Assembly: GCF_000009045.1 (NCBI RefSeq)
Contig: NC_000964.3
Location: forward strand, 1,650,001-1,682,000
Reading direction: 5' to 3'
DNA length: 32,000 bases
Source of the DNA: Bacillus subtilis subsp. subtilis str. 168
GTDB lineage: Bacteria > Bacillota > Bacilli > Bacillales > Bacillaceae
Shown here: piece by piece, positions 1-9,832 of the stretch
Position numbering within the stretch: position 1 is the first letter of the stretch
Layout: every line of letters begins with the position of its first letter
Position numbers and translations under genes: made by a program
Notes under the pieces: model-generated
Database searches by the model: none
Told to the model about the DNA's origin: nothing
The model's input: only the letters and a program-made list of their open reading frames with translations

Positions 1-377
1 TCAGAAGCCGTTTGATGCCGATTAACAGAGCATATAAACTGCCTGATCTAATGGAAGCCGTTAAATATTATATTAATAAAACAGGACGCCGTATCAGCTT
101 TGAATACGGGCTGTTCGGAGGCGTAAACGACCAGGTGGAACACGCCGAAGAGCTTGCCGACTTGCTGGAAGGAGTCAAATGCCACGTGAACTTGATTCCG
201 GTAAACTACGTGCCTGAACGGGACTATGTGCGCACACCGCGTGATCAGATTTTTGCTTTTGAAAAAACGCTGAAATCCCGCGGAGTAAATGTCACAATCC
301 GAAGAGAGCAAGGACATGACATTGACGCAGCCTGCGGTCAGCTTCGCGCGAAGGAGCGTCAAGACGAGACGAGGTGA
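1..377 (+). CDS. rlmN: 23S rRNA (adenine-C2) methyltransferase RlmN, C-terminal fragment (5' end outside window)
   Basis: Open frame from the window edge to TGA at 375-377. The residues [41 protein letters not shown] and [18 protein letters not shown] are typical of the RlmN C-terminus. It lies directly upstream of prpC as in Bacillus. Confidence 0.93.
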   Translation, partial: RSRLMPINRAYKLPDLMEAVKYYINKTGRRISFEYGLFGGVNDQVEHAEELADLLEGVKCHVNLIPVNYVPERDYVRTPRDQIFAFEKTLKSRGVNVTIRREQGHDIDAACGQLRAKERQDETR

Positions 378-383
378 TGAGGG

Positions 384-1148
384 TTGTTAACAGCCTTAAA
401 AACAGATACAGGAAAAATCCGCCAGCATAATGAAGATGATGCGGGGATATTCAAGGGGAAAGATGAATTTATATTAGCGGTTGTCGCTGATGGCATGGGC
501 GGCCATCTTGCTGGAGATGTTGCGAGCAAGATGGCTGTGAAAGCCATGGGGGAGAAATGGAATGAAGCAGAGACGATTCCAACTGCGCCCTCGGAATGTG
601 AAAAATGGCTCATTGAACAGATTCTATCGGTAAACAGCAAAATATACGATCACGCTCAAGCCCACGAAGAATGCCAAGGCATGGGGACGACGATTGTATG
701 TGCACTTTTTACGGGGAAAACGGTTTCTGTTGCCCATATCGGAGACAGCAGATGCTATTTGCTTCAGGACGATGATTTCGTTCAAGTGACAGAAGACCAT
801 TCGCTTGTAAATGAACTGGTTCGCACTGGAGAGATTTCCAGAGAAGACGCTGAACATCATCCGCGAAAAAATGTGTTGACGAAGGCGCTTGGAACAGACC
901 AGTTAGTCAGTATTGACACCCGTTCCTTTGATATAGAACCCGGAGACAAACTGCTTCTATGTTCTGACGGACTGACAAATAAAGTGGAAGGCACTGAGTT
1001 AAAAGACATCCTGCAAAGCGATTCAGCTCCTCAGGAAAAAGTAAACCTGCTTGTGGACAAAGCCAATCAGAATGGCGGAGAAGACAACATTACAGCAGTT
1101 TTGCTTGAGCTTGCTTTACAAGTTGAAGAGGGTGAAGATCAGTGCTAA
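384..1148 (+). CDS. prpC: PP2C-family Ser/Thr protein phosphatase PrpC
   Basis: 254 aa with TTG start. PP2C motifs [35 protein letters not shown] and [11 protein letters not shown]. Overlaps prkC by 7 nt. Confidence 0.96.
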
Positions 1149-3088
1149 TCGGCAAGCGGATCAGCGGGCGTTACCAAATTCTCCGCGTCATAGGCGGCGG
1201 GGGAATGGCCAACGTGTATTTAGCTGAGGATATCATTCTAGACCGTGAAGTCGCAATTAAAATCCTGCGGTTTGACTATGCAAATGACAATGAATTTATC
1301 AGACGTTTCCGCAGAGAAGCCCAATCCGCATCAAGCCTCGATCACCCGAATATTGTCAGCATTTATGATTTGGGCGAGGAAGATGATATTTATTATATTG
1401 TCATGGAATACGTTGAAGGCATGACGCTTAAAGAATACATAACAGCAAATGGGCCGCTTCACCCTAAAGAAGCGCTGAACATCATGGAGCAAATTGTCTC
1501 AGCCATCGCTCATGCCCATCAAAACCAGATTGTTCACAGAGACATCAAGCCGCATAACATTTTGATTGATCATATGGGAAATATCAAAGTAACGGATTTT
1601 GGAATTGCGACGGCACTAAGTTCGACCACAATCACCCATACCAATTCAGTTCTGGGCTCGGTCCATTACTTATCACCTGAACAGGCCCGGGGCGGCTTAG
1701 CCACAAAAAAATCGGATATTTATGCGCTTGGAATCGTTCTATTTGAGCTTTTAACCGGCCGTATTCCGTTTGATGGAGAGTCAGCAGTCAGCATCGCCTT
1801 GAAGCATCTTCAAGCGGAAACTCCTTCGGCAAAAAGGTGGAATCCATCGGTCCCCCAAAGCGTTGAAAACATCATACTCAAGGCAACTGCCAAAGATCCT
1901 TTTCATCGCTACGAAACGGCTGAAGACATGGAAGCAGACATAAAAACAGCTTTTGATGCCGACAGACTCAATGAAAAGAGATTTACGATTCAAGAAGATG
2001 AAGAAATGACAAAAGCGATACCTATCATTAAAGATGAAGAACTTGCTAAAGCTGCTGGCGAAAAAGAAGCTGAAGTGACAACCGCACAAGAAAACAAAAC
2101 AAAGAAGAACGGCAAAAGAAAAAAGTGGCCGTGGGTTTTGCTCACGATATGCCTCGTTTTTATCACAGCTGGAATTCTTGCTGTCACTGTTTTTCCGTCG
2201 CTTTTCATGCCTAAGGATGTCAAAATACCTGATGTCTCCGGAATGGAATACGAAAAAGCCGCAGGGCTCTTGGAAAAAGAAGGTTTACAGGTTGATTCCG
2301 AGGTGTTGGAAATCTCAGATGAAAAAATTGAAGAGGGCCTGATGGTAAAAACGGATCCTAAAGCGGATACCACAGTCAAAGAAGGCGCCACGGTCACCCT
2401 TTATAAGAGCACCGGAAAAGCAAAAACGGAGATCGGTGATGTGACAGGCCAAACGGTCGACCAAGCAAAAAAAGCGTTGAAGGACCAAGGGTTTAATCAT
2501 GTAACAGTAAATGAAGTGAATGACGAGAAAAATGCGGGCACTGTCATTGACCAAAATCCTTCAGCAGGGACTGAGCTGGTCCCGAGTGAAGATCAAGTCA
2601 AACTTACAGTCAGTATCGGACCCGAAGACATTACGCTTAGAGACTTGAAAACCTACAGTAAAGAAGCAGCGTCTGGATATCTGGAAGACAACGGATTGAA
2701 GCTTGTAGAAAAAGAAGCATACTCAGATGATGTTCCAGAAGGACAGGTTGTCAAACAAAAACCAGCAGCAGGTACGGCAGTAAAGCCGGGAAACGAAGTT
2801 GAAGTGACATTCTCTCTCGGACCAGAGAAAAAACCTGCGAAAACAGTGAAAGAAAAGGTCAAGATCCCCTACGAACCAGAAAATGAAGGGGACGAGCTTC
2901 AAGTGCAAATCGCGGTTGACGATGCGGATCACAGCATCTCTGACACTTACGAAGAATTTAAGATAAAAGAGCCGACTGAACGAACGATCGAACTAAAGAT
3001 TGAACCAGGCCAAAAAGGGTACTATCAAGTAATGGTAAACAATAAAGTTGTCAGCTACAAAACCATTGAGTATCCGAAAGATGAATAA
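1142..3088 (+). CDS. prkC: Membrane Ser/Thr protein kinase PrkC with extracellular PASTA repeats
   Basis: 648 aa with GTG start. Hanks-kinase motifs [28 protein letters not shown] and SPEQ; TM segment [23 protein letters not shown]; then three PASTA-like repeats (from [19 protein letters not shown]) and a C-terminal domain. Confidence 0.97.
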
Positions 3089-3102
3089 CAAGGAGGGAAA
3101 AT

Positions 3103-3999
3103 ATGCCTGAGGGCAAAATTATTAAGGCGCTAAGCGGCTTTTACTATGTACTGGATGAATCAGAGGATTCAGATAAAGTAATACAATGCAGAGGAAGAGG
3201 CATTTTCAGAAAAAACAAAATTACCCCTCTTGTCGGTGATTACGTTGTGTATCAAGCTGAAAATGACAAAGAAGGATATCTAATGGAAATTAAAGAAAGA
3301 ACCAACGAGCTTATCAGGCCGCCAATTTGCAACGTTGATCAAGCGGTCCTTGTTTTCTCAGCGGTTCAGCCTTCTTTCAGCACGGCATTGCTCGACCGCT
3401 TCCTGGTTCTCGTTGAGGCCAATGATATTCAGCCGATTATATGCATTACTAAAATGGATCTGATTGAAGATCAAGATACAGAAGATACGATACAAGCCTA
3501 TGCAGAAGACTATCGGAATATTGGTTATGACGTATACCTTACCTCCTCTAAGGACCAAGATAGTTTAGCGGACATCATCCCGCATTTTCAGGATAAAACA
3601 ACGGTATTTGCCGGTCAGTCCGGTGTTGGGAAATCCTCGCTTCTCAACGCGATCAGTCCGGAGCTCGGATTAAGAACAAACGAGATTTCCGAGCATTTGG
3701 GCCGCGGGAAACACACAACCCGCCACGTGGAGCTGATTCACACGTCCGGAGGTTTGGTTGCAGATACACCGGGATTCAGCTCGCTTGAATTTACAGACAT
3801 TGAGGAAGAAGAGCTGGGCTATACCTTCCCTGATATCAGAGAAAAAAGCTCTTCATGCAAATTTAGAGGCTGTTTACATCTGAAAGAGCCGAAATGTGCG
3901 GTGAAACAAGCTGTTGAAGACGGGGAATTAAAGCAGTATCGCTATGACCATTATGTTGAATTTATGACGGAGATTAAAGACAGAAAGCCGAGGTATTAG
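3103..3999 (+). CDS. rsgA: Ribosome small-subunit-dependent GTPase RsgA (CpgA/YloQ)
   Basis: 298 aa. P-loop [12 protein letters not shown] follows the TKMD-type motif (circularly permuted GTPase); zinc-binding [27 protein letters not shown] just upstream. Confidence 0.96.
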   Translation: MPEGKIIKALSGFYYVLDESEDSDKVIQCRGRGIFRKNKITPLVGDYVVYQAENDKEGYLMEIKERTNELIRPPICNVDQAVLVFSAVQPSFSTALLDRFLVLVEANDIQPIICITKMDLIEDQDTEDTIQAYAEDYRNIGYDVYLTSSKDQDSLADIIPHFQDKTTVFAGQSGVGKSSLLNAISPELGLRTNEISEHLGRGKHTTRHVELIHTSGGLVADTPGFSSLEFTDIEEEELGYTFPDIREKSSSCKFRGCLHLKEPKCAVKQAVEDGELKQYRYDHYVEFMTEIKDRKPRY

Positions 4000-4003
4000 C
4001 ATA

Positions 4004-4657
4004 ATGATAAAGGTTGCACCATCTATTCTTTCCGCTGATTTTGCCGCTTTAGGCAATGAGATTAAAGATGTAGAAAAAGGCGGAGCCGATTGTATTCATA
4101 TTGATGTTATGGACGGCCATTTTGTCCCGAATATCACAATCGGTCCGCTGATTGTAGAAGCGGTCCGGCCGGTAACGGATCTGCCGCTTGATGTCCATTT
4201 AATGATAGAAGAGCCGGATCGTTATATCCCGGCTTTTGCGAAAGCAGGCGCAGATATCCTGTCTGTGCATGCTGAGGCATGTCCGCACCTGCACCGTACC
4301 ATCCAGCTCATTAAAGAGCAAGGAGTGAAGGCCGGAGTAGTTCTAAACCCGCATACCCCTGTACAAGTCATCGAACATGTTTTCGACGATCTTGATCTTG
4401 TTCTTTTAATGACGGTGAACCCGGGCTTCGGCGGGCAGAAATTTATTCATTCAGTCCTTCCTAAAATAAAAGAGGTTAAGCGAATGGCGGATGAAAAAGG
4501 AAAAAAAGATCTGTTAATTGAAGTAGACGGCGGCGTCAACAAAGAAACCGCTCCGCTCGTCATTGAAGCGGGCGCAAATTTACTCGTTGCCGGTTCAGCT
4601 GTTTATGGCCAGTCTGACCGCAAAAAAGCAATTTCTGAAATCAGAGGAAGTAAATAA
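4004..4657 (+). CDS. rpe: Ribulose-phosphate 3-epimerase
   Basis: 217 aa. [46 protein letters not shown] and EVDGGVN are Rpe signatures. Confidence 0.97.
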   Translation: MIKVAPSILSADFAALGNEIKDVEKGGADCIHIDVMDGHFVPNITIGPLIVEAVRPVTDLPLDVHLMIEEPDRYIPAFAKAGADILSVHAEACPHLHRTIQLIKEQGVKAGVVLNPHTPVQVIEHVFDDLDLVLLMTVNPGFGGQKFIHSVLPKIKEVKRMADEKGKKDLLIEVDGGVNKETAPLVIEAGANLLVAGSAVYGQSDRKKAISEIRGSK

Positions 4658-4667
4658 GCAGCTTTAG

Positions 4668-4703
4668 AAAAGAGCTGGGCATACAATAGCCTAAGCTCTT
4701 TTT
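4668..4703 (+). terminator. Intrinsic terminator-like hairpin after rpe
   Basis: AAAAGAGCT (4668-4676) pairs with AGCTCTTTT (4694-4702), with an inner GGC/GCC pairing, followed by a T run (CTCTTTTTCC). Confidence 0.75.
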
Positions 4704-4729
4704 CCTGTATGCAGAGAAAGGAATCAGAG

Positions 4730-5374
4730 ATGAAAACAATTAATATCGTTGCGGGAGGCCCGAAAAATCTCATTCCCGATCTAACCGGCTATACGGATGA
4801 ACACACGCTTTGGATCGGTGTTGACAAAGGCACCGTCACTCTCTTAGATGCCGGGATCATTCCTGTTGAAGCCTTCGGAGATTTTGACAGCATAACGGAG
4901 CAAGAACGCCGGCGAATAGAAAAAGCCGCTCCCGCCCTTCATGTGTATCAAGCAGAAAAAGATCAAACAGATTTAGACCTCGCCCTTGATTGGGCGCTGG
5001 AAAAGCAGCCGGATATTATTCAGATTTTCGGCATTACAGGCGGCAGAGCTGATCATTTTTTAGGAAACATTCAGCTTCTGTATAAAGGTGTAAAAACGAA
5101 CATAAAAATTAGGCTGATAGACAAACAAAATCATATTCAAATGTTCCCTCCTGGTGAATATGATATTGAGAAGGATGAAAATAAGCGATATATCTCCTTC
5201 ATACCGTTTTCCGAAGACATACATGAGCTGACCCTGACCGGTTTTAAATATCCTCTAAATAATTGTCATATTACGCTCGGTTCAACACTATGTATTAGTA
5301 ACGAACTCATTCATTCACGAGGTACTTTTTCGTTTGCAAAAGGCATATTAATAATGATAAGAAGCACGGATTAA
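4730..5374 (+). CDS. thiN: Thiamine pyrophosphokinase
   Basis: MKTINIVAGGPKNLIPDLTGY start at 4730. The ORF track call at 4709 is an upstream in-frame ATG. Motifs WIGVDKGTVTLLDAGIIPVEAFGDFDSI, DQTDLDLAL and GGRADH fit the TPK family. Confidence 0.93.
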   Translation: MKTINIVAGGPKNLIPDLTGYTDEHTLWIGVDKGTVTLLDAGIIPVEAFGDFDSITEQERRRIEKAAPALHVYQAEKDQTDLDLALDWALEKQPDIIQIFGITGGRADHFLGNIQLLYKGVKTNIKIRLIDKQNHIQMFPPGEYDIEKDENKRYISFIPFSEDIHELTLTGFKYPLNNCHITLGSTLCISNELIHSRGTFSFAKGILIMIRSTD

Positions 5375-5445
5375 GCATGTGCTTTCATTCAATTGCTGAA
5401 AACAATGAACAAGGCGGTTACGGGACGTTATAGGAGGGGACAAAA

Positions 5446-5526
5446 ATGAAATTTTACACCATTAAATTGCCGAAGTTTTTAGGAGGAATTGTCCGGGCGA
5501 TGCTGGGCTCATTTAGAAAAGATTAA
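5446..5526 (+). CDS. spoVM: Stage V sporulation protein SpoVM, 26 aa
   Basis: My translation of 5446-5526 is MKFYTIKLPKFLGGIVRAMLGSFRKD*, which matches SpoVM. RBS ATAGGAGGG upstream. Absent from the ORF track because of its length cut-off. Confidence 0.96.
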   Translation: MKFYTIKLPKFLGGIVRAMLGSFRKD

Positions 5527-5557
5527 TGCCCAGGGGTTCAAAGCCCTCTTTCACCAC

Positions 5558-5598
5558 ATAAAAACGCCTGCCACATATCGGGGCAGGCGTTCATTTTG

Positions 5599-5600
<2 letters not shown>
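5558..5600 (-). terminator. Intrinsic terminator of rpmB (minus strand)
   Basis: Perfect 10-bp stem AACGCCTGCC (5563-5572) / GGCAGGCGTT (5582-5591). On the minus strand it is followed by a T run (GGCAGGCGTTTTTATGTG). A weaker TCATTTT lies on the plus side. Confidence 0.85.
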
Positions 5601-5799
<199 letters not shown>

Positions 5800-5870
5800 T
5801 CACTTGCACAAAACATCTACTTTTTAACATTCATATAATCTTAGATGCTTTCGATATGGATACTTTAAAT

Positions 5871-5899
5871 AATTTACCACAGCTAAAAAACGTTTGCAA
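5871..5899 (-). promoter_or_regulatory. Possible sigma-A promoter for rpmB
   Basis: On the minus strand, TTGCAA (5894-5899), a 17-nt spacer, then TAAATT (5871-5876), about 85 nt upstream of the start codon. Confidence 0.35.
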
Positions 5900-5999
5900 C
5901 TATTGTTTCATCATCTTTCAAGAAAATTCACTTGACATCTTGCGGAAACAGCAGCGCTATAGTATATGTAGAGGTACGGCCAGCGATTATTGCCTGGTC

Positions 6000-6028
6000 T
6001 TTTCATAATGGAAACCATATAGTAGAAT
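6000..6028 (+). promoter_or_regulatory. Possible sigma-A promoter for yloU-yloV
   Basis: TTTTCA (6000-6005), a 17-nt spacer, then TAGAAT (6023-6028), about 36 nt upstream of the yloU GTG start. Confidence 0.35.
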
Positions 6029-6063
6029 AGCTGTAACTCTATGCATTCGAAGGAGGAACTAGT

Positions 6064-6426
6064 GTGTCCATTGAATTAAGAACGAAGTACGGACAGATTG
6101 ATATATCTAATGAAGTCATCGCGATGGTTGCAGGAGGCGCGGCGGTTGACTGTTACGGCATTGTCGGCATGGCCTCTAAAAACCAGATTAAAGACGGACT
6201 GACTGAAATCCTTCGGAAAGAGAATTTCAGCAGGGGTGTCCAAGTTCGCCAAGAAGGAGAACAGATACATATCGACATGTATATCATTGTCAGCTACGGC
6301 ACGAAAATTTCTGAAGTGGCACATAATGTCCAAACAAAAGTAAAGTACACAGTAAATCAAACCATCGGACTGGCAGTGGATTCTGTCAATATTTATGTCC
6401 AAGGCGTACGAGTGACGAACCCGTAG
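6064..6426 (+). CDS. yloU: Asp23/Gls24 family envelope stress response protein YloU
   Basis: 120 aa with GTG start and RBS AAGGAGGA. The residues TKYGQIDISNEVIAMVAGGAAVDCYGIVGMASK and VNIYVQGVRV are typical of DUF322/Asp23. Confidence 0.92.
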   Translation: MSIELRTKYGQIDISNEVIAMVAGGAAVDCYGIVGMASKNQIKDGLTEILRKENFSRGVQVRQEGEQIHIDMYIIVSYGTKISEVAHNVQTKVKYTVNQTIGLAVDSVNIYVQGVRVTNP

Positions 6427-6441
6427 TTAGGAGGAGTAGGA

Positions 6442-8103
6442 TTGTCTATCAGAACATTAGACGGCAGAACCTTTGCCGAGATGATTCTTGCGGGAGCGCA
6501 GAATCTGTCTCAAAACGCCAGTGCAGTTGATGCACTGAACGTGTTCCCGGTGCCGGACGGTGATACGGGAACAAATATGAACCTGTCGATGACTTCCGGA
6601 GCAAGAGAAGTTGAACAAATGGATACGGATGATATCGGGAAGGTGGGCTCCGCGTTATCTAAAGGGCTGCTCATGGGAGCACGCGGAAATTCAGGAGTTA
6701 TCCTATCCCAATTGTTCCGCGGATTTAGCAAAAACATTGAAACGAAAAAAGAAATTAATGCACTTGAGTTTGCCGCTGCGCTGCAAGCAGGTGTAGACAT
6801 GGCGTATAAAGCTGTCATGAAACCTGTAGAGGGCACCATTTTAACAGTTGCAAAAGACGCTGCAAAAAAAGCAATGATCTTAGCAGAAAAAGAAACCGAT
6901 ATCACTGCGCTGATGACTGCAGTGACAGAAGAAGCAGAGGCGTCTTTAAACCGCACCCCTGAATTGCTACCTGTCCTAAAGGAAGTAGGAGTTGTCGATA
7001 GCGGGGGCAAAGGCCTGCTCTGTGTGTATGAAGGTTTCCTTGCTTCATTAAAAGGTGAAACTGTACCTCAGAAAGCAGTTCTTCCGTCACTTGACGACAT
7101 GGTCAGCGCAGAGCATCACAAGAGCGCGCAAAGCATGATGAATACCGAAGATATTGAATTTGGATTCTGTACCGAAGTGATGGTTAGGCTTGATCAGACA
7201 AAAAGAGAGTTCGACGAAGGCACGTTCAGGCAAGACCTCAGCCAGTTCGGAGATTCTCTGCTTGTGATTGCGGATGAATCGCTGGCGAAGGTTCATATTC
7301 ATGCTGAAGAGCCGGGAAACGTGTTAAACTACGCCCAGCATTACGGTGAATTGATCAAAATAAAAATAGAAAATATGAGAGAACAGCATACCTCTATCAT
7401 CAGTCAAGAAAGCAAACCTGCAGACAACGAAACACCGCCGGCAAAACAGCCGTATGGCATTGTGACTGTAGCGATGGGAGAAGGAATTGCAGACCTATTT
7501 AAAAGCATTGGCGCTTCTGTTGTGATTGAAGGCGGCCAGACCATGAACCCAAGCACTGAGGATATTGTTGATGCCGTGAAGTCTGTAAATGCAGATACGG
7601 TATTTATCCTGCCTAACAACTCCAACATTATCATGGCTGCTAACCAAGCGGCCAGCGTAGTGGATGAACAGGTTTTTGTCATTCCTGCTAAAACGGTTCC
7701 GCAAGGGATGTCAGCTCTGCTGGCTTTTAACCCGGATCAAGAAGCTGAAGCGAACGAGGCCAATATGCTAAGCGCCATTCAGCAAGTAAAAAGCGGACAG
7801 GTGACGTTCTCAGTCAGAGATACTCATATTGACGGTAAAGACATTAAAAAAGGCGACTTTATGGGCATTCTGAATGGAACGATTATCGGCACTTCTGAAA
7901 ATCAGCTGTCAGCCGCGAAAATGCTGCTGTCAGAAATGATCGGAGAAGATGATGAAATCGTGACCATTCTATATGGTGAGGATGCGTCTCAGGAAGAAGC
8001 TGAGCAGCTTGAAGCGTTTCTCAGTGAAAAGTACGAGGAGATTGAGGTTGAGATCCACAATGGGAAACAGCCTCTGTATTCGTATATAGTTTCAGCAGAA
8101 TAG
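6442..8103 (+). CDS. fakA: DhaL-domain fatty acid kinase FakA (YloV)
   Basis: 553 aa with TTG start and RBS GGAGGAG. DhaL motifs NVFPVPDGDTGTNMNLSM and GARGNSGVILSQLFRG; C-terminal DegV-like half. Confidence 0.92.
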   Translation: MSIRTLDGRTFAEMILAGAQNLSQNASAVDALNVFPVPDGDTGTNMNLSMTSGAREVEQMDTDDIGKVGSALSKGLLMGARGNSGVILSQLFRGFSKNIETKKEINALEFAAALQAGVDMAYKAVMKPVEGTILTVAKDAAKKAMILAEKETDITALMTAVTEEAEASLNRTPELLPVLKEVGVVDSGGKGLLCVYEGFLASLKGETVPQKAVLPSLDDMVSAEHHKSAQSMMNTEDIEFGFCTEVMVRLDQTKREFDEGTFRQDLSQFGDSLLVIADESLAKVHIHAEEPGNVLNYAQHYGELIKIKIENMREQHTSIISQESKPADNETPPAKQPYGIVTVAMGEGIADLFKSIGASVVIEGGQTMNPSTEDIVDAVKSVNADTVFILPNNSNIIMAANQAASVVDEQVFVIPAKTVPQGMSALLAFNPDQEAEANEANMLSAIQQVKSGQVTFSVRDTHIDGKDIKKGDFMGILNGTIIGTSENQLSAAKMLLSEMIGEDDEIVTILYGEDASQEEAEQLEAFLSEKYEEIEVEIHNGKQPLYSYIVSAE

Positions 8104-8122
8104 AAGGGCAATTTGCCCTTCT
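8102..8122 (+). terminator. Hairpin / weak terminator after fakA
   Basis: AGAAGGGCAA-T-TTGCCCTTCT palindrome overlapping and following the stop codon. The downstream T tract is weak (ATTCTTATG). Confidence 0.5.
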
Positions 8123-8241
8123 ATTCTTATGTCTGCTTTTAAGTGCGGCAGCGCTGTAACGCGCCCGCTTGCCATTTTATATCTGATCAATTAGTCTAGA
8201 AGCAAAGCGCTAATAAGCTCTGGTTCATAAGGAGGAATAGC

Positions 8242-8904
8242 ATGAAATACAGAAGCGTTTTTGATATTATCGGCCCGGTTATGATCGGTCCGTCCAGCTC
8301 TCATACAGCGGGAGCTGCTAGAATCGGGAGAGTGGCCAGAAGTTTATTTGGCAGAGAGCCTGAGCGCATCATTGTATCTTTTTACGGCTCGTTTGCGGAA
8401 ACGTATAAGGGCCACGGCACAGATGTCGCGATTATCGGCGGATTGCTTGATTTTGATACATTCGATGAACGGATTAAAACCGCTATACAAATTGCAGAAG
8501 CTAAAGGAATTGATATAGAGTTTCGGGTAGAAGACGCAGTCCCGGTCCACCCGAACACAGCAAAAATCACCATTTCTGATGAAAAGGGTGAGCTGGAACT
8601 GACGGGTATTTCGATTGGCGGAGGAAAGATTGAAATCACAGAATTGAATGGTTTTGAGCTCCGGCTGTCAGGAAATCATCCGGCCATATTAGTTGTTCAT
8701 AATGACAAGTTTGGCACAATTGCCGGTGTTGCCAATGTTCTGGCGAAATTTTCAATCAACGTAGGACATATGGAAGTAGCCCGGAAAGATATCGGCCAGC
8801 TTGCGCTGATGACAATAGAGGTCGATCAAAATATTGACGACCACATTCTCGACGAGCTGTCGAAGCTGCCGAATATTATTCAAGTGACAAAGATTGCTGA
8901 CTAG
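8242..8904 (+). CDS. sdaAB: L-serine dehydratase, iron-sulfur-dependent, beta subunit
   Basis: 220 aa. MKYRSVFDIIGPVMIGPSSSHTAGAARIGR signature and a C-terminal ACT-like domain. Confidence 0.94.
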   Translation: MKYRSVFDIIGPVMIGPSSSHTAGAARIGRVARSLFGREPERIIVSFYGSFAETYKGHGTDVAIIGGLLDFDTFDERIKTAIQIAEAKGIDIEFRVEDAVPVHPNTAKITISDEKGELELTGISIGGGKIEITELNGFELRLSGNHPAILVVHNDKFGTIAGVANVLAKFSINVGHMEVARKDIGQLALMTIEVDQNIDDHILDELSKLPNIIQVTKIAD

Positions 8905-8929
8905 CGAAAAGGGTCAGGAGGAGCCAGTT

Positions 8930-9832
8930 ATGTTTCGTAATGTAAAAGAATTAATTGAGATTACTAAAGAAAAACAAATATTGATCTCTGATGTGATGAT
9001 AGCTCAAGAGATGGAAGTAACAGAAAAAACAAAAGAGGACATTTTTCAGCAGATGGATCATAACCTGTCTGTTATGGAAGCGGCGGTTCAGAAAGGACTC
9101 GAGGGAGTTACGAGCCAAACGGGCTTAACAGGCGGAGATGCCGTTAAATTGCAGGCCTATATTCGATCAGGAAAAAGCCTGTCTGGCCCGCTGATTTTAG
9201 ATGCTGTATCGAAAGCCGTTGCAACAAATGAAGTAAATGCAGCCATGGGAACCATCTGTGCGACACCGACTGCAGGTTCTGCCGGTGTGGTGCCCGGTAC
9301 GTTATTTGCTGTAAAAGAAAAGCTGAATCCAACAAGAGAACAAATGATCCGCTTTTTGTTTACAGCCGGGGCTTTCGGATTTGTCGTGGCCAATAACGCA
9401 AGCATTTCCGGCGCCGCCGGAGGATGTCAGGCAGAGGTTGGATCAGCTTCAGGCATGGCGGCTGCGGCTATTGTTGAAATGGCAGGAGGAACACCCGAAC
9501 AAAGCGCGGAAGCCATGGCCATTACATTAAAAAATATGCTAGGCCTCGTGTGCGACCCTGTTGCAGGGCTTGTTGAGGTGCCTTGCGTGAAACGGAATGC
9601 GATGGGCGCGTCAAATGCGATGATTGCTGCTGATATGGCATTGGCGGGCATTACAAGCCGTATTCCATGTGATGAGGTTATCGATGCCATGTATAAAATA
9701 GGCCAAACGATGCCAACTGCACTTAGAGAAACAGGCCAGGGCGGTTTAGCGGCAACACCGACAGGAAGAGAATTAGAGAAAAAAATTTTCGGAGGAGCGC
9801 TAGGTTCACGTGAAACAACATCAGCAAACTAG
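8930..9832 (+). CDS. sdaAA: L-serine dehydratase, iron-sulfur-dependent, alpha subunit
   Basis: 300 aa from the ATG at 8930, which is preceded by AGGAGGAGCC. Motifs CATPTAGSAGVVPG, GGCQAEVGSASGMAAAA and GLVCDPVAGLVEVPC. Confidence 0.94.
   Translation: MFRNVKELIEITKEKQILISDVMIAQEMEVTEKTKEDIFQQMDHNLSVMEAAVQKGLEGVTSQTGLTGGDAVKLQAYIRSGKSLSGPLILDAVSKAVATNEVNAAMGTICATPTAGSAGVVPGTLFAVKEKLNPTREQMIRFLFTAGAFGFVVANNASISGAAGGCQAEVGSASGMAAAAIVEMAGGTPEQSAEAMAITLKNMLGLVCDPVAGLVEVPCVKRNAMGASNAMIAADMALAGITSRIPCDEVIDAMYKIGQTMPTALRETGQGGLAATPTGRELEKKIFGGALGSRETTSAN

Noticed and set aside
2212-2830. Repeated protein segments in prkC considered as DNA repeats
   Set aside because: They are diverged PASTA domains visible only at protein level. 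No significant nucleotide repeat is seen.
5341-5445. Possible sigma-E promoter for spoVM (GCATATT with a downstream CATGTGCT)
   Set aside because: The spacing is about 26 nt, too far for sigma-E elements. spoVM is known to be mother-cell expressed, but I cannot locate its promoter convincingly by eye.
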